A program made the translations under genes and the position numbers. Under the pieces are notes generated by a model. It did no database searches and had not been told where the DNA came from. It worked only from the letters and a program-made list of their open reading frames with translations. From a candidate division CPR2 bacterium GW2011_GWC2_39_35 (lineage in GTDB: Bacteria; Patescibacteriota; CPR2), in NCBI GenBank assembly GCA_000995065.1, contig LBWX01000002.1:62586-126585 (forward strand): a stretch of DNA of 64,000 bases. Reading direction: 5' to 3'. Positions 25,442 through 35,379 of this stretch are shown in pieces (the first letter of the stretch is position 1; each line of letters starts with the position of its first letter).

Positions 25442-27538
25442 ATGAACGAAGAATTTTATACAGCCCAAGAGCTAGCCGATAAACTAAAAGTCAATATAAT
25501 GACTATTTATAGGTATATTAACTCTGGGAAATTGAATGCTTATAAAACAGGCAAGGATTTTAGGGTTTCTAAAGAAGATTACGAAGTATTCCTAAAAAAT
25601 AAGCAAAGAAATTTGTTAGAAGAAAAAAATAACCAGATTTTGCAACTCTCCAAAGAGATTGAAAAGCTAAAAAGTAACATTAAAAAGCAAAGGTATGGAT
25701 TGGTTTGGGTAGATGTTCCGGAAGCTTTTGAGGACGATGTTGAAAATAAAATACCTATCCTTAAAGAAGAAAAATCTCTTGCTATTGAAAATAATGACGA
25801 TAAACCAACCCATCTTTTAATTGAAGGTGACAATTATCACGCCCTGACTTGCTTGAATTACACGCATAAGGGCAAGGTTGATGTAATCTATATTGATCCC
25901 CCCTACAACACGGGGAATGACGGATTTAGATACAAAGATAAGCGCATCCTTGATAAATACCCAGACGGAACAGATGTCCCCAAAGATAGCCCCTACAGAC
26001 ACAGTTATTGGTTATCATTTATGAAAAAGAGAATTGAGTTAGCAAAAACATTACTAACGAGCAATGGTGTTATGTTTATTTCAATCGGAAATGACGAAAT
26101 TGCACAATTGAAACTACTTTGCGATGAAATATTCGGGGAAAAAGATTCTCACAATATAATTCACTGGAAGAAGAACCAAAAACCACAGAACGCTTCGAAC
26201 ACAATTTCCGAATCTGCTGAGTATGTTTTAGTATATTTCAACGAGAAGCCTATTAAACTCGTTAGAGGTATGAAGGGAACAAGAACTGATGAAAGAGGTT
26301 CTTTTAAACCCTCTCCTCTCTTCACATTTGATGACAGAAAGAGAAGAACACAAACCGTGCCTAAAGGGACTCCAATTGAGTGCAAGGTATGGAAAAAGGG
26401 CAAACTTCAGGCAGTTAGGAATAAACTTGCCTATCTTAATATCCTTGATGAACCAATTATCAAAAATGGCATTCTGCAGAACGATGTAAGAGTAGATGGT
26501 CAGTGGAGAAAAACGGATACAAATGGTGAGTTTCAAAAAGTAGTAGAAGACAATCGCTTATTCGTTAACTCCAACGGCTTCCCAAATGAGAAGTCTTATC
26601 GTGACGAAGACTCTAAAAATGTTAATACCAATCTATGGCTTAATGCTGGCTATAATGAACTTGGAAAACAGTTATTAGATGAGATTTTAGGGCAAGACAA
26701 TGTTTTTCCTTATCCCAAACCCATAGAACTTATAAAAGAAATACTGAGATCAATAAACAAGCAAGATGCGATTATGCTCGACTTTTTCGCTGGTTCTGGA
26801 ACTTCAGGACACGCGCTATTAGACCTTAACAGAGAAGATGACGGCAAAAGACAATTTATATTAGTCACGGATAATGAGAACAACATAATGTCAGAAGTTT
26901 GCTACCCACGGATAAGAAATGTGATAAATGGATATGATTTTTCTGGAAAAGAGAAACAAGTCCTATTTGAAAAGACACTTACACTTACCGACCTAAAGAA
27001 AGCCGATGCTATATTGGAAGAAATTGACGGTATTACCAAAGAAAACGAAGAGTCAAAGAGGTGGGACAAGATTTCTAAGTCTATTAATGACGGCTTACTA
27101 AAGATGGTCGGAGAGAAGAACATTGAAGATAAGAAGGGTGGTCTTGGCAACTCCGTTAAGTTCTATAGGGCAGATTTCGTAGGTGAAAATAACATAATGC
27201 ACTCCACTGACAAAGATAAGTTAGAGTTAGCCTATAATGCTGGGGAATTATTAGCCATTGCAGAGAATACCCTCTATGAACAAAAGAAAAACCAATACTA
27301 TCAAATTTTTAAAGATAAAGATCGTTTTACTGCCATTTACTTCAGAGAAGAAATGGATGAATATGACGAGTTTATTGAAGAAGTTCGGGGCATTCGGGGT
27401 AAAGAAATCTCTGTTTATGTCTTTAGCTGGGAATCAGACGAGTCTATTTATGAGCTTGAGGACTTGAAAAATGTTCGAATAAAAACCATTCCTCAGCCAA
27501 TAGTAGAAATTTATAAACAAATTTATAACTTGATATAG
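25442..27538 (+). CDS. DNA methyltransferase (Type III Mod-like, beta-class N6A/N4C) with an N-terminal excisionase/MerR-type HTH
   Basis: N-terminal HTH (YTAQELADKLKVNIMTIYRYINSGKL), motif IV (DPPY, within VIYIDPPYNTG) upstream of motif I (DFFAGSGTSGHA). Confidence 0.8.
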   Translation: MNEEFYTAQELADKLKVNIMTIYRYINSGKLNAYKTGKDFRVSKEDYEVFLKNKQRNLLEEKNNQILQLSKEIEKLKSNIKKQRYGLVWVDVPEAFEDDVENKIPILKEEKSLAIENNDDKPTHLLIEGDNYHALTCLNYTHKGKVDVIYIDPPYNTGNDGFRYKDKRILDKYPDGTDVPKDSPYRHSYWLSFMKKRIELAKTLLTSNGVMFISIGNDEIAQLKLLCDEIFGEKDSHNIIHWKKNQKPQNASNTISESAEYVLVYFNEKPIKLVRGMKGTRTDERGSFKPSPLFTFDDRKRRTQTVPKGTPIECKVWKKGKLQAVRNKLAYLNILDEPIIKNGILQNDVRVDGQWRKTDTNGEFQKVVEDNRLFVNSNGFPNEKSYRDEDSKNVNTNLWLNAGYNELGKQLLDEILGQDNVFPYPKPIELIKEILRSINKQDAIMLDFFAGSGTSGHALLDLNREDDGKRQFILVTDNENNIMSEVCYPRIRNVINGYDFSGKEKQVLFEKTLTLTDLKKADAILEEIDGITKENEESKRWDKISKSINDGLLKMVGEKNIEDKKGGLGNSVKFYRADFVGENNIMHSTDKDKLELAYNAGELLAIAENTLYEQKKNQYYQIFKDKDRFTAIYFREEMDEYDEFIEEVRGIRGKEISVYVFSWESDESIYELEDLKNVRIKTIPQPIVEIYKQIYNLI

Positions 27539-27543
27539 GTAAT

Positions 27544-29922
27544 ATGAAACAATTTAATCCATTACAATTTCAGAGAGAAACAATCGATAAGTTATCAGAT
27601 ATTTTTGTTAAGTTATGGAAAGAAGACGGAAGAGCACTGCCTATTGTTTTAAAATCGCCTACTGGTAGCGGGAAGACTTTTATGGCTGCAAATTTAATTC
27701 GCAGCTTAAACCACCTTCCACAATGGCAAGAAGAAAAATCATTTATTTGGATCACGTTTAGTGACGATCTCTCTATGCAAAGTAAAAAGAAATTTGAAGA
27801 GTATTTTGAGAATAACCTTGAAAACAATTTGTTAACTGTAAATGAAATCAACAAGGGAAAGTTATCTAATAATGACATTATATTCCTTAATTGGCAAAAG
27901 ATAGTTTCTAAGAGTGCCGAAACTAGAGTATTAAGAAGGCCTGACGAGGAGATTATGCGAAAAGAGAAAGGGGCGTATTGGGAAGATTTTATTGATGGAA
28001 CTCAGGCCGATGAGAGGGAGATTATTCTTATTATTGATGAAGCCCATAAAAACAAAGGCACAACATTGGCTAAAGAGGTAATTGACTACATAAATCCTAA
28101 GATAATTCTGCACGTCACTGCCACCCCCAGTAAAGAAGATGCATTGGAAGCATATGAGCTTGGATCGATGATAAATGTTGATAGGAAAGAGGTTGTCGAA
28201 GAAGGATTGATTAAAGAAAAGATTGTCATTCAAACGGAAGAAGATCTTGAGAGGCATCAAGGGCAAGATTTTGATAAAGTCCTGCTTGATCTTGGAATCC
28301 AGAAAAGAAACGAACTAAAAGAAGAGTTAAAGTCTCTAGGTAAAGATATTAACCCTTTGATGCTTATACAATTACCTAATGATGACAATAAATTGATCGA
28401 GATGGCTAAGGAAACTAAAGAGTCTGTTGTTTGTGATTACTTAAAAGAAGTTGGAATCCCTGAAACAAAAATTGCTAAATGGTTTGATGGTAGACAGGAA
28501 AATATGGATTTAATAACTGAAAATGATAGTGACGTTGAAGTTATGTTATTTAAACAAGCGGCTGGGACTGGTTGGGACTGTCCCAGAGCCTCCGTCCTCA
28601 TAATGTTTAGGGAGATAAAATCAAATACATTTTATACCCAAACAGTTGGCCGAATATTAAGAATGCCTGAACCTGAATTAAAAGAGGATTATAAGAATAA
28701 CGAAAACTTGAGAACTGGTCATTTATATACCAATTACAAGCGTAATGAGGTTGAAATACCAGACCAATCAGCAAGGAACAAACCTTTTGTCAACTTTTCG
28801 AATATTAAAGAAGGCGTAAAAAATATTTCGTTACAGTCAGAGTATATTTCTCGAGTTGATTATGGAGACATCCCAAGATCTTATAAATTTCAAAAAGGCT
28901 TTATTGATTCGATGAATAGATATTTTGGTATAACGCAGGATGATATTTTGGGAAAAGCTCAAAGGAAATTAGAGAATAAGGGAATTGATTTAGATGGAAA
29001 GCTAACGAACCAGATTATTGTAAACGCAAAATTTGAAGATTTTGATCATTTGAATTATGAATTTAGTAAACAAGGTAAGGATCTTGAAATTGAAATGTCC
29101 ACTAATGATGTTGAGAAAACTTTTAATTATATCTGCTATCAACTTTTGCAGGAGCAAGACAACGAAAAAGCAAAATACACGAATATTGCAAGATCTTGGA
29201 GCACTATTAAATCGGCGATAAGAGTCTGGCTAAACCATACAGTTAGCGAGAATAGCGACCATTTTTATAGAATTTTTGTTAAGGACATAAATAAAGGTGC
29301 TTCAAGCAAATTTAGACCAGCAATAACACAAGCCTTGATTGACTTTAAGCCATTATGTGAACAAATAATCAACGAAAGAAAAGTTGCTCACGAGCAAAAG
29401 GAAGCACCTATTTTTTCTATTCAAGGTCAATATTCTTTCACTGAAGATTACGAAGAAATATCCCAGAAGATTTGCGCTCTCGGCAAATTTTATCTACCTA
29501 AAAAAGATTTTAAAGGAAAAAAGAACGAATTAGACTTTAAGGATTATATAGATAACCTAGATGATTCAATTGATTGGTGGTTTAAAAATGGAGATTATGG
29601 CAAATCTTATTATGCAATTAAATATTTTAATTCAACCGACAATAAGGAAGCTCTCTTTTATCCTGATTGGATAATTTTATTCAAAGATGGACGAATTGGG
29701 ATTTTTGATACCAAAGAGGGAGAAACTGCCAAATCTCAGGAGACTAAAGATAAAGCAGGCGCATTAGCACAAAAGTTAAATGATTTTGGATCTGGCTATG
29801 TTGGCGGTATTGTAGTTAAAGTTTCCGGAATCTGGTATTACAACGACACTTCAAGTTATGATTTCCGAGACGGTAATATTGAGCAAGATAAAAATTGGAA
29901 GAGATTTGAAGAGCTCTTATGA
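27544..29922 (+). CDS. Type III restriction enzyme Res subunit (SF2 helicase plus C-terminal PD-(D/E)xK nuclease)
   Basis: Helicase motif I (PTGSGKTF), motif II (IIDEAHKN), motif III (TATP), motif VI (QTVGRILR), and a C-terminal PD...D-x-K (YPDWIILFKDGRIGIFDTKEG). Confidence 0.75.
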   Translation: MKQFNPLQFQRETIDKLSDIFVKLWKEDGRALPIVLKSPTGSGKTFMAANLIRSLNHLPQWQEEKSFIWITFSDDLSMQSKKKFEEYFENNLENNLLTVNEINKGKLSNNDIIFLNWQKIVSKSAETRVLRRPDEEIMRKEKGAYWEDFIDGTQADEREIILIIDEAHKNKGTTLAKEVIDYINPKIILHVTATPSKEDALEAYELGSMINVDRKEVVEEGLIKEKIVIQTEEDLERHQGQDFDKVLLDLGIQKRNELKEELKSLGKDINPLMLIQLPNDDNKLIEMAKETKESVVCDYLKEVGIPETKIAKWFDGRQENMDLITENDSDVEVMLFKQAAGTGWDCPRASVLIMFREIKSNTFYTQTVGRILRMPEPELKEDYKNNENLRTGHLYTNYKRNEVEIPDQSARNKPFVNFSNIKEGVKNISLQSEYISRVDYGDIPRSYKFQKGFIDSMNRYFGITQDDILGKAQRKLENKGIDLDGKLTNQIIVNAKFEDFDHLNYEFSKQGKDLEIEMSTNDVEKTFNYICYQLLQEQDNEKAKYTNIARSWSTIKSAIRVWLNHTVSENSDHFYRIFVKDINKGASSKFRPAITQALIDFKPLCEQIINERKVAHEQKEAPIFSIQGQYSFTEDYEEISQKICALGKFYLPKKDFKGKKNELDFKDYIDNLDDSIDWWFKNGDYGKSYYAIKYFNSTDNKEALFYPDWIILFKDGRIGIFDTKEGETAKSQETKDKAGALAQKLNDFGSGYVGGIVVKVSGIWYYNDTSSYDFRDGNIEQDKNWKRFEELL

Positions 29923-31427
29923 AAGCAATAATCTTGGCCAGAGTTTCAACTGAAGAACAAAAGGAAGCAAATCACTCATTGCCAGCCCAATTAATAAGAT
30001 TGCAGAAATACTGCCAAGAGAAAAAACTGGATGTAGTTAAGGAATTTAGTTTTGACGAATCGGCTTGGAAAACCGAAAGGCAGCAGTTTGAGGAAATTGT
30101 TGAAATGCTTCAAAAATCAAAGGAAAAGATGGTTTTGTGTTGTGATAAGATTGATCGTTTAACAAGAAGCTTTAGTAAAGAATTAGTTACTCTAGAGGAT
30201 TTAAGAAGAACTGGCAAAATTGAACTACATTTTCCTTCTGATAATATCGTTTTGCATAGAGATTCACCTGCCACCGATTTATTTAGATTTACGATGGGCG
30301 TAAGCCTTGCCAAATACTATTCCGATACTACAAGCGATAATGTCAAAAGAGCCAACGAAACTAAAATTAAAAATGGCGAATGGGCTGGCTGGGCTCCAAT
30401 TGGCTACATCAATACAGAAGACGAAAAGGGTAATAAAGATATAGAAGTTGATGAGATAAGAAGCCCCTTTATTATAAAAATGTTTGAGCTATATGCTTCA
30501 GGTAACTATTCAATGAGGCAAATTAAAGAACAATTGGACAAGGTAGGACTAAAAAGCAAATCAAAAGACCCAAAACCCTTAACCATAAGTATGGTAAAAC
30601 ATACTCTAAACAACCCGTTCTATTACGGAATAATGAGGATTAAAGGCGAATTATATCCTCATAAATACCCTCCGCTAATTACTAAGCATTTATTTGATAA
30701 GGCCCAAGCGGTTAGTGCCGGATGGCATAAAAAACCCTTTAAATATGCCGCTAAGCCCTTTGTTCTTCGAGGCATGATAAAGTGTGCTGATTGCGGTTGC
30801 ACAATCACCCCTGAGACCTCTAAGGGGCATGCATATTACAGTTGCACCAACTATCACAGGATTCATCCAAAAAGGATTTACGTCAAAGAAGAAGACCTTT
30901 TAAAACAAATCTATGAAATTTTGGATAATATTCAATTAACAGACGAGCAAATAAAAGAGTTAACCGAGGACTTAAAGCAAACGAACAAAGCTGAGAACCG
31001 TTTCTTTAAGAACAGCGTTCAAGAATTATGGAAAGAATACAATAGATTTGAAAATCGTATTAGTAAGCTCACGGATGAAAAATATGACGGTAGTATTACT
31101 GAGGATTTCTACAACAAAAAGTTTAAGGAATATACTGAAAAACAATCTAAAATGATGGAAAGTATAAACAAACATCATAAGGCTAATCAAGAGCATCATA
31201 TTACTGCAAATAGTATCTTAAACCTTGCCAAACGAGCTCGTGAAATATTTGAAAGTTCTGAACCGGCAGAAAAAAGGCAATTATTAAATTACATACTTCA
31301 GAACCTAGAATTGAAGGACAAAAAACTCTTATATAAAGCAAAAACACCGTTTGATACGATGCTTTTGATACATGATAGTTCTAACTGGCTCCCGGGGTCG
31401 GATTCGAACCGACGACCAATTGGTTAA
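29919..31427 (+). CDS. large serine recombinase (resolvase-domain integrase)
   Basis: N-terminal resolvase catalytic region (AIILARVSTEEQ), a recombinase domain, a zinc ribbon (CADCGCTITPE...YYSC) and a coiled-coil C-terminus. The ORF overlaps the Res gene by 4 nt and runs into the tRNA-Asn gene. Confidence 0.85.
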   Translation: MKAIILARVSTEEQKEANHSLPAQLIRLQKYCQEKKLDVVKEFSFDESAWKTERQQFEEIVEMLQKSKEKMVLCCDKIDRLTRSFSKELVTLEDLRRTGKIELHFPSDNIVLHRDSPATDLFRFTMGVSLAKYYSDTTSDNVKRANETKIKNGEWAGWAPIGYINTEDEKGNKDIEVDEIRSPFIIKMFELYASGNYSMRQIKEQLDKVGLKSKSKDPKPLTISMVKHTLNNPFYYGIMRIKGELYPHKYPPLITKHLFDKAQAVSAGWHKKPFKYAAKPFVLRGMIKCADCGCTITPETSKGHAYYSCTNYHRIHPKRIYVKEEDLLKQIYEILDNIQLTDEQIKELTEDLKQTNKAENRFFKNSVQELWKEYNRFENRISKLTDEKYDGSITEDFYNKKFKEYTEKQSKMMESINKHHKANQEHHITANSILNLAKRAREIFESSEPAEKRQLLNYILQNLELKDKKLLYKAKTPFDTMLLIHDSSNWLPGSDSNRRPIG

Positions 31428-31460
31428 CAGCCAACTGCTCTACCACTGAGCTACCCGGGA
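31386..31460 (-). tRNA. tRNA-Asn (anticodon GTT)
   Basis: Minus-strand sequence TCCCGGGTAGCTCAGTGGTAGAGCAGTTGGCTGTTAACCAATTGGTCGTCGGTTCGAATCCGACCCCGGGAGCCA folds into a cloverleaf with GTT in the anticodon loop. Confidence 0.85.
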
Positions 31461-31663
31461 TCATATTATATGTTTTGCGGTTTATTCCAAATACAGGAAC
31501 AAAAAAAGCAAAAACTCTTTCAAAATACTGATAAATGATAACAGAAAATACCTGTAAAATCAATAGTTCGATAATAATTTTTGCTTAGTGTGTTGGGAGT
31601 CCGGAGACTGATAAATTTAGCCTCCGGACTACCAGATTTTTGAAAGGTCTTTGATATGAGTTC

Positions 31664-32128
31664 TTACATCGCCGCAACAAGATCGCTAGCCTTTATTTTT
31701 TGACTAGCATAAATGCTGAGGATTTTTTCGCCGAGAATAATGATTGTATTCTCATCAACTGGCAAACTTCCATCAGATAAACCCGCAAAGGCAATGCCAA
31801 TACCGCTTTCGCTGCGTACTTTTTCGAAAAAAATACCCGTAGTGGCAATCACCACATCCTCGTCTGTATAACCATCAGTTAGCCTAGAGGCATTCTCTCC
31901 TCCCAAAACCTTGTGTACAGTTCTTCCGATCGCATAGGAAAGACCAGGACTTACACTCCCATTTGCCCGAATCTTATTAAATGATAGAGCCGCACCCAGA
32001 AGCGATCCAAGGGCGCCTTGAGACATTCCTTTGGCGCTAAAGCACTTTTCAACAAAATTTGCAATCATTCTTACACTATCGCTTTTTCTACCTGTTATGT
32101 CATCTTGTATCAAAGAATTGTGCGTCAT
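31664..32128 (-). CDS. hypothetical protein
   Basis: A 154-aa G/A/S-rich ORF. Confidence 0.35.
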   Translation of the reverse strand: MTHNSLIQDDITGRKSDSVRMIANFVEKCFSAKGMSQGALGSLLGAALSFNKIRANGSVSPGLSYAIGRTVHKVLGGENASRLTDGYTDEDVVIATTGIFFEKVRSESGIGIAFAGLSDGSLPVDENTIIILGEKILSIYASQKIKASDLVAAM

Positions 32129-32141
32129 GTTTTACCTGCTT

Positions 32142-32468
32142 TCATATAGTGATTATCTGTACCTTATCCAATACTTTCACAAAAACTGTTATCCTCTGAT
32201 TGACTATTCTTTGAGTCATACCTTCAGGCATTCGACCATTATAGCCAAGCGGGGCTCCTGTTTCATCAAAGAATCCCACTGCATGATGGATAAGCATTTT
32301 TATTCCTTGTCTCCTCGAGATATCGTTCTCTTGGATAATGTCCATCAGGGCCTCTGATGTCTCTTGAAGTGCAACAATGTCCTTTTGTTCCTTGGCCTTA
32401 AGAACTTGATTAACAGCCTCAGAAAGCATCCATTTAACTTCCTCAATTTGTACATTAACAACCGCCAT
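32142..32468 (-). CDS. hypothetical protein
   Basis: A 108-aa ORF lying just upstream of and co-directional with 31664..32128. Confidence 0.35.
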   Translation of the reverse strand: MAVVNVQIEEVKWMLSEAVNQVLKAKEQKDIVALQETSEALMDIIQENDISRRQGIKMLIHHAVGFFDETGAPLGYNGRMPEGMTQRIVNQRITVFVKVLDKVQIITI

Positions 32469-32707
32469 AGTTTCTCCTTCCTATAGTGCCTTTTCATGAC
32501 ATATCAAAAGACCATATTTAGTTTTTCATGTACAATCAAAAAAGCCCGCGCCTTGCAAGCCGGACAATCTGATAAGAATAACGAAAAACCGCTTACAAAG
32601 CTTGGGGCTCTCTAAACCAAAAATAAAAGTAATTAAATTTTCGGTCAGGCATGTTCTTCATTAGATATAATTTTAGCAGCCTTATGAGTAAACGTCAATA
32701 ACCAAAT

Positions 32708-33430
32708 TTAGCTAATTCCGTAAATGTCCCAAAAATATGGTTCTTCTCCTTTGCCATCCATGTTTACAAAACCCATCGAGACTACATAATTGGAGTACCC
32801 AAGATCATTACTAATCTTATCAAGAATAGATAAACACTTAAGACAATAACTAATCTCTGTTTGGCTCAGGGGAGGGTAGTGTTTGAACTTAAGCAAATAT
32901 CCTTTCTTAGCTCTTACCAGCTCTTCGTCTTTTTGTTTTAACTTTTTAAAACAATCTTTTTGATAATTCTCGTCACTAACCAAAAATTGTCTTTCAATTT
33001 CGAAAGTGGGTTTAAGTTTAACTAACAACCTTTCATGAATATAGCCGTTTCTATTTAAGTCAGGGGCTATAAATCCCGGCCCAACCGCCTCAATTGTAAT
33101 TTCACTACCCAACCTTACAATATTTATGTTATGCGTGTTAAAAAGAGTATTTCCTGGATGGCTAATAATTACTTTATATCCTTTGTTAAGGAATCTTTTT
33201 ATGTCTGGAAGATTTTTATCTAAATTAGCATCAACAATGCTTGGCGCAAACATTTCGTTATTTTTTTCAATGGTTCTAATCAAAATAAGGGAAAGATTCT
33301 GCTCATTCATAAAAAATTTAATTTGCTCTTCAACTTTTTGAGGCTTCAAAACAAAGAATGGGAGATGAGGCAACCCATATTTCTTTAAAAGCAATATCCC
33401 TTCTAATTTCATCCTTTTTTTGTTTCTCAT
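32708..33430 (-). CDS. hypothetical protein
   Basis: A 240-aa ORF. Confidence 0.4.
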   Translation of the reverse strand: MRNKKRMKLEGILLLKKYGLPHLPFFVLKPQKVEEQIKFFMNEQNLSLILIRTIEKNNEMFAPSIVDANLDKNLPDIKRFLNKGYKVIISHPGNTLFNTHNINIVRLGSEITIEAVGPGFIAPDLNRNGYIHERLLVKLKPTFEIERQFLVSDENYQKDCFKKLKQKDEELVRAKKGYLLKFKHYPPLSQTEISYCLKCLSILDKISNDLGYSNYVVSMGFVNMDGKGEEPYFWDIYGIS

Positions 33431-33449
33431 AAGCTTTTTTTATCTCAGC

Positions 33450-35189
33450 CTAATGCGGATATTTGTCCGGCGATTCATAGCTGGATCTAAAAGTATCCGT
33501 CTTAATTAATTTATCGCCCTCATAGAGCAAACGATACCAGATAGACCTAACGGATCCTTTGCCGGCCCATTCCTGGTCGTAAAGAAGAGGCTTAATATCT
33601 TCTACTTTGAGGACTGCGTCCTGGCCTTCCGGATTGCTCGCAAACTTAGAAACAACCGGTTTTTTAGTGCCGTAAAACTCAAATTTTAGCGTGTTTCCCG
33701 AGACGCTAGTCTGAATTAAGATGTAGCTCGTCGAATCGTTTTTAAACTTAAAGTCGGGACTCGGCAGATAAATCGTCGCATCCGTGCCAAGAGGGTAATA
33801 GTAAACCACCGGATAAGCGTGATTCACTCGCTCCAAGATCGGAAAACCGGCATTTAGGGCTGCTCTAAACGAGGTGGAAGAAACCTGGCAAAGCCCGCCG
33901 CCGTATTCCGGCACCGTTTTGTTTTCTTTAATAACAAGTTCCGGCAAATAACCGGTAGAAGCATCCACCGGACCTAATATTTTGTTAAAAGAAAACGCTT
34001 CACCCGGTTTTATAATGACGCCATTAAACTTAGAAGCCCCGGTTTTAAAATTATGGATTCGATTAGAAGGGCTTCCAGAGAAATTAGACGTTCCTACCGA
34101 AACCAGCTCCTTTATTCCTAATTCTGCCAAATTGTCTTCTCTGACCTCCGCTTTTTTGGTTGCCACCTTTAACCTCACGGTCTTATCGCTGCCATTTACG
34201 GCACTTATTATATGGCTTGTAGCATCAGCCTTGTCCAGCTCCAAACCATCTTTAGAATCTTGGTCTACCACTATCTTGCCATTTTCGACTTTTAACACAG
34301 CGTTTTTGGCAGAAACATCAATTCCCTTAGATAGTTTCTCGACATACCGACTCACTTCCTCAGAATTTACTGTAGCAGTTACCTTGGTACTTTGATGTTT
34401 TGGCCATAGATAAGCCGTTAAAGCATAATCATCCTTCTCATTATGTAAAATAAACCACCCAATCATGTCCCCGGGATTAATCTGCCGAGACTTGCCGTTT
34501 TCATCTATAACAATCGGTTTTTTTACTTTATCCTCGATCATAGCAATATCTTTTTTATTAAGAATGATGTCCGGCTTTACTACTTCTTCTCTTAAGGATT
34601 CGTTATCATTTAAGTTCTTGACGTTATTTAGGAGTGCCAATTTTGTTTCGGTAATTAAAATACGCTTTCCGTTTTCACCCTCCGTATACTCTATCCCTTC
34701 TTTCCAAGCAATTTTAGAAGAGCCAACTTTGGTATTGTATTTGTCTGTTTCATCCAAAATAAATGCGCTAAGTTTTTCGTTTGTTTCGAGCTCGAGCCCA
34801 ATATTTTGTCTTTTTAAACCAGCTTTAAATCTTTCTTTAAAGCCTTTGATAATGTTGCTGCTCCGACCAAAAAAATAAGCCGTGTCTACAGTTTTGTCTA
34901 CGTTAAAAGTGATGCCGATATCTGTCGCCTTAACTTTACGGTTGCCGAACTTTGCACCCTCATAATTTATGATTTTGTCATCAAGAAGACTTTTTGCTTC
35001 TTCTTTGGTTTTTCCGGAAACGTCGATTCCGGCAATATAGATACCGGAATAAATACGGTTAGAACTATAAAAAGTACTTGCTAAAAAAACGATAGAGATA
35101 AAAGCAAAAAAGCCAAGCAAAGCAAGCAAAAGATCCAAGTCTCTTTTTTTAATTTTCTCTTTAGCTTTTTTTTTCTTCTTCGCTGCCAA
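33450..35189 (-). CDS. VanW-family protein (YoaR-like)
   Basis: An N-terminal TM helix after a Lys-rich tail, and a C-terminal VanW motif (GGGLCQVSSTSFRAALNAGFPILERVNHAYPVVYY). Confidence 0.75.
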   Translation of the reverse strand: MAAKKKKKAKEKIKKRDLDLLLALLGFFAFISIVFLASTFYSSNRIYSGIYIAGIDVSGKTKEEAKSLLDDKIINYEGAKFGNRKVKATDIGITFNVDKTVDTAYFFGRSSNIIKGFKERFKAGLKRQNIGLELETNEKLSAFILDETDKYNTKVGSSKIAWKEGIEYTEGENGKRILITETKLALLNNVKNLNDNESLREEVVKPDIILNKKDIAMIEDKVKKPIVIDENGKSRQINPGDMIGWFILHNEKDDYALTAYLWPKHQSTKVTATVNSEEVSRYVEKLSKGIDVSAKNAVLKVENGKIVVDQDSKDGLELDKADATSHIISAVNGSDKTVRLKVATKKAEVREDNLAELGIKELVSVGTSNFSGSPSNRIHNFKTGASKFNGVIIKPGEAFSFNKILGPVDASTGYLPELVIKENKTVPEYGGGLCQVSSTSFRAALNAGFPILERVNHAYPVVYYYPLGTDATIYLPSPDFKFKNDSTSYILIQTSVSGNTLKFEFYGTKKPVVSKFASNPEGQDAVLKVEDIKPLLYDQEWAGKGSVRSIWYRLLYEGDKLIKTDTFRSSYESPDKYPH

Positions 35190-35379
35190 TTAACAACTCG
35201 TTTAATAAATTAACTACCTGGGAATATTTCTCGCTAGATAGCGAGAAGTAGACTTTACCGGAATTTTGGCTTTCTAAAGGTAATAACTCTTTAGGAAAGC
35301 TTACCAGATTTCCGCCAATATCTAAAGTAACTTCTTTCTTGCCTATTTTCTTGATTTCAGCTTCGAATTCTTTAAACAT
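35161..35379 (-). CDS. small hypothetical protein
   Basis: A short ORF whose internal Met (MFKEF) lies just downstream of the ppaC stop. Coding status is uncertain. Confidence 0.3.
   Translation of the reverse strand: MFKEFEAEIKKIGKKEVTLDIGGNLVSFPKELLPLESQNSGKVYFSLSSEKYSQVVNLLNELLIGSEEEKKS

Noticed and set aside
31381-31563. 60-aa minus-strand ORF
   Set aside because: It overlaps tRNA-Asn and the recombinase 3' end and is spurious.
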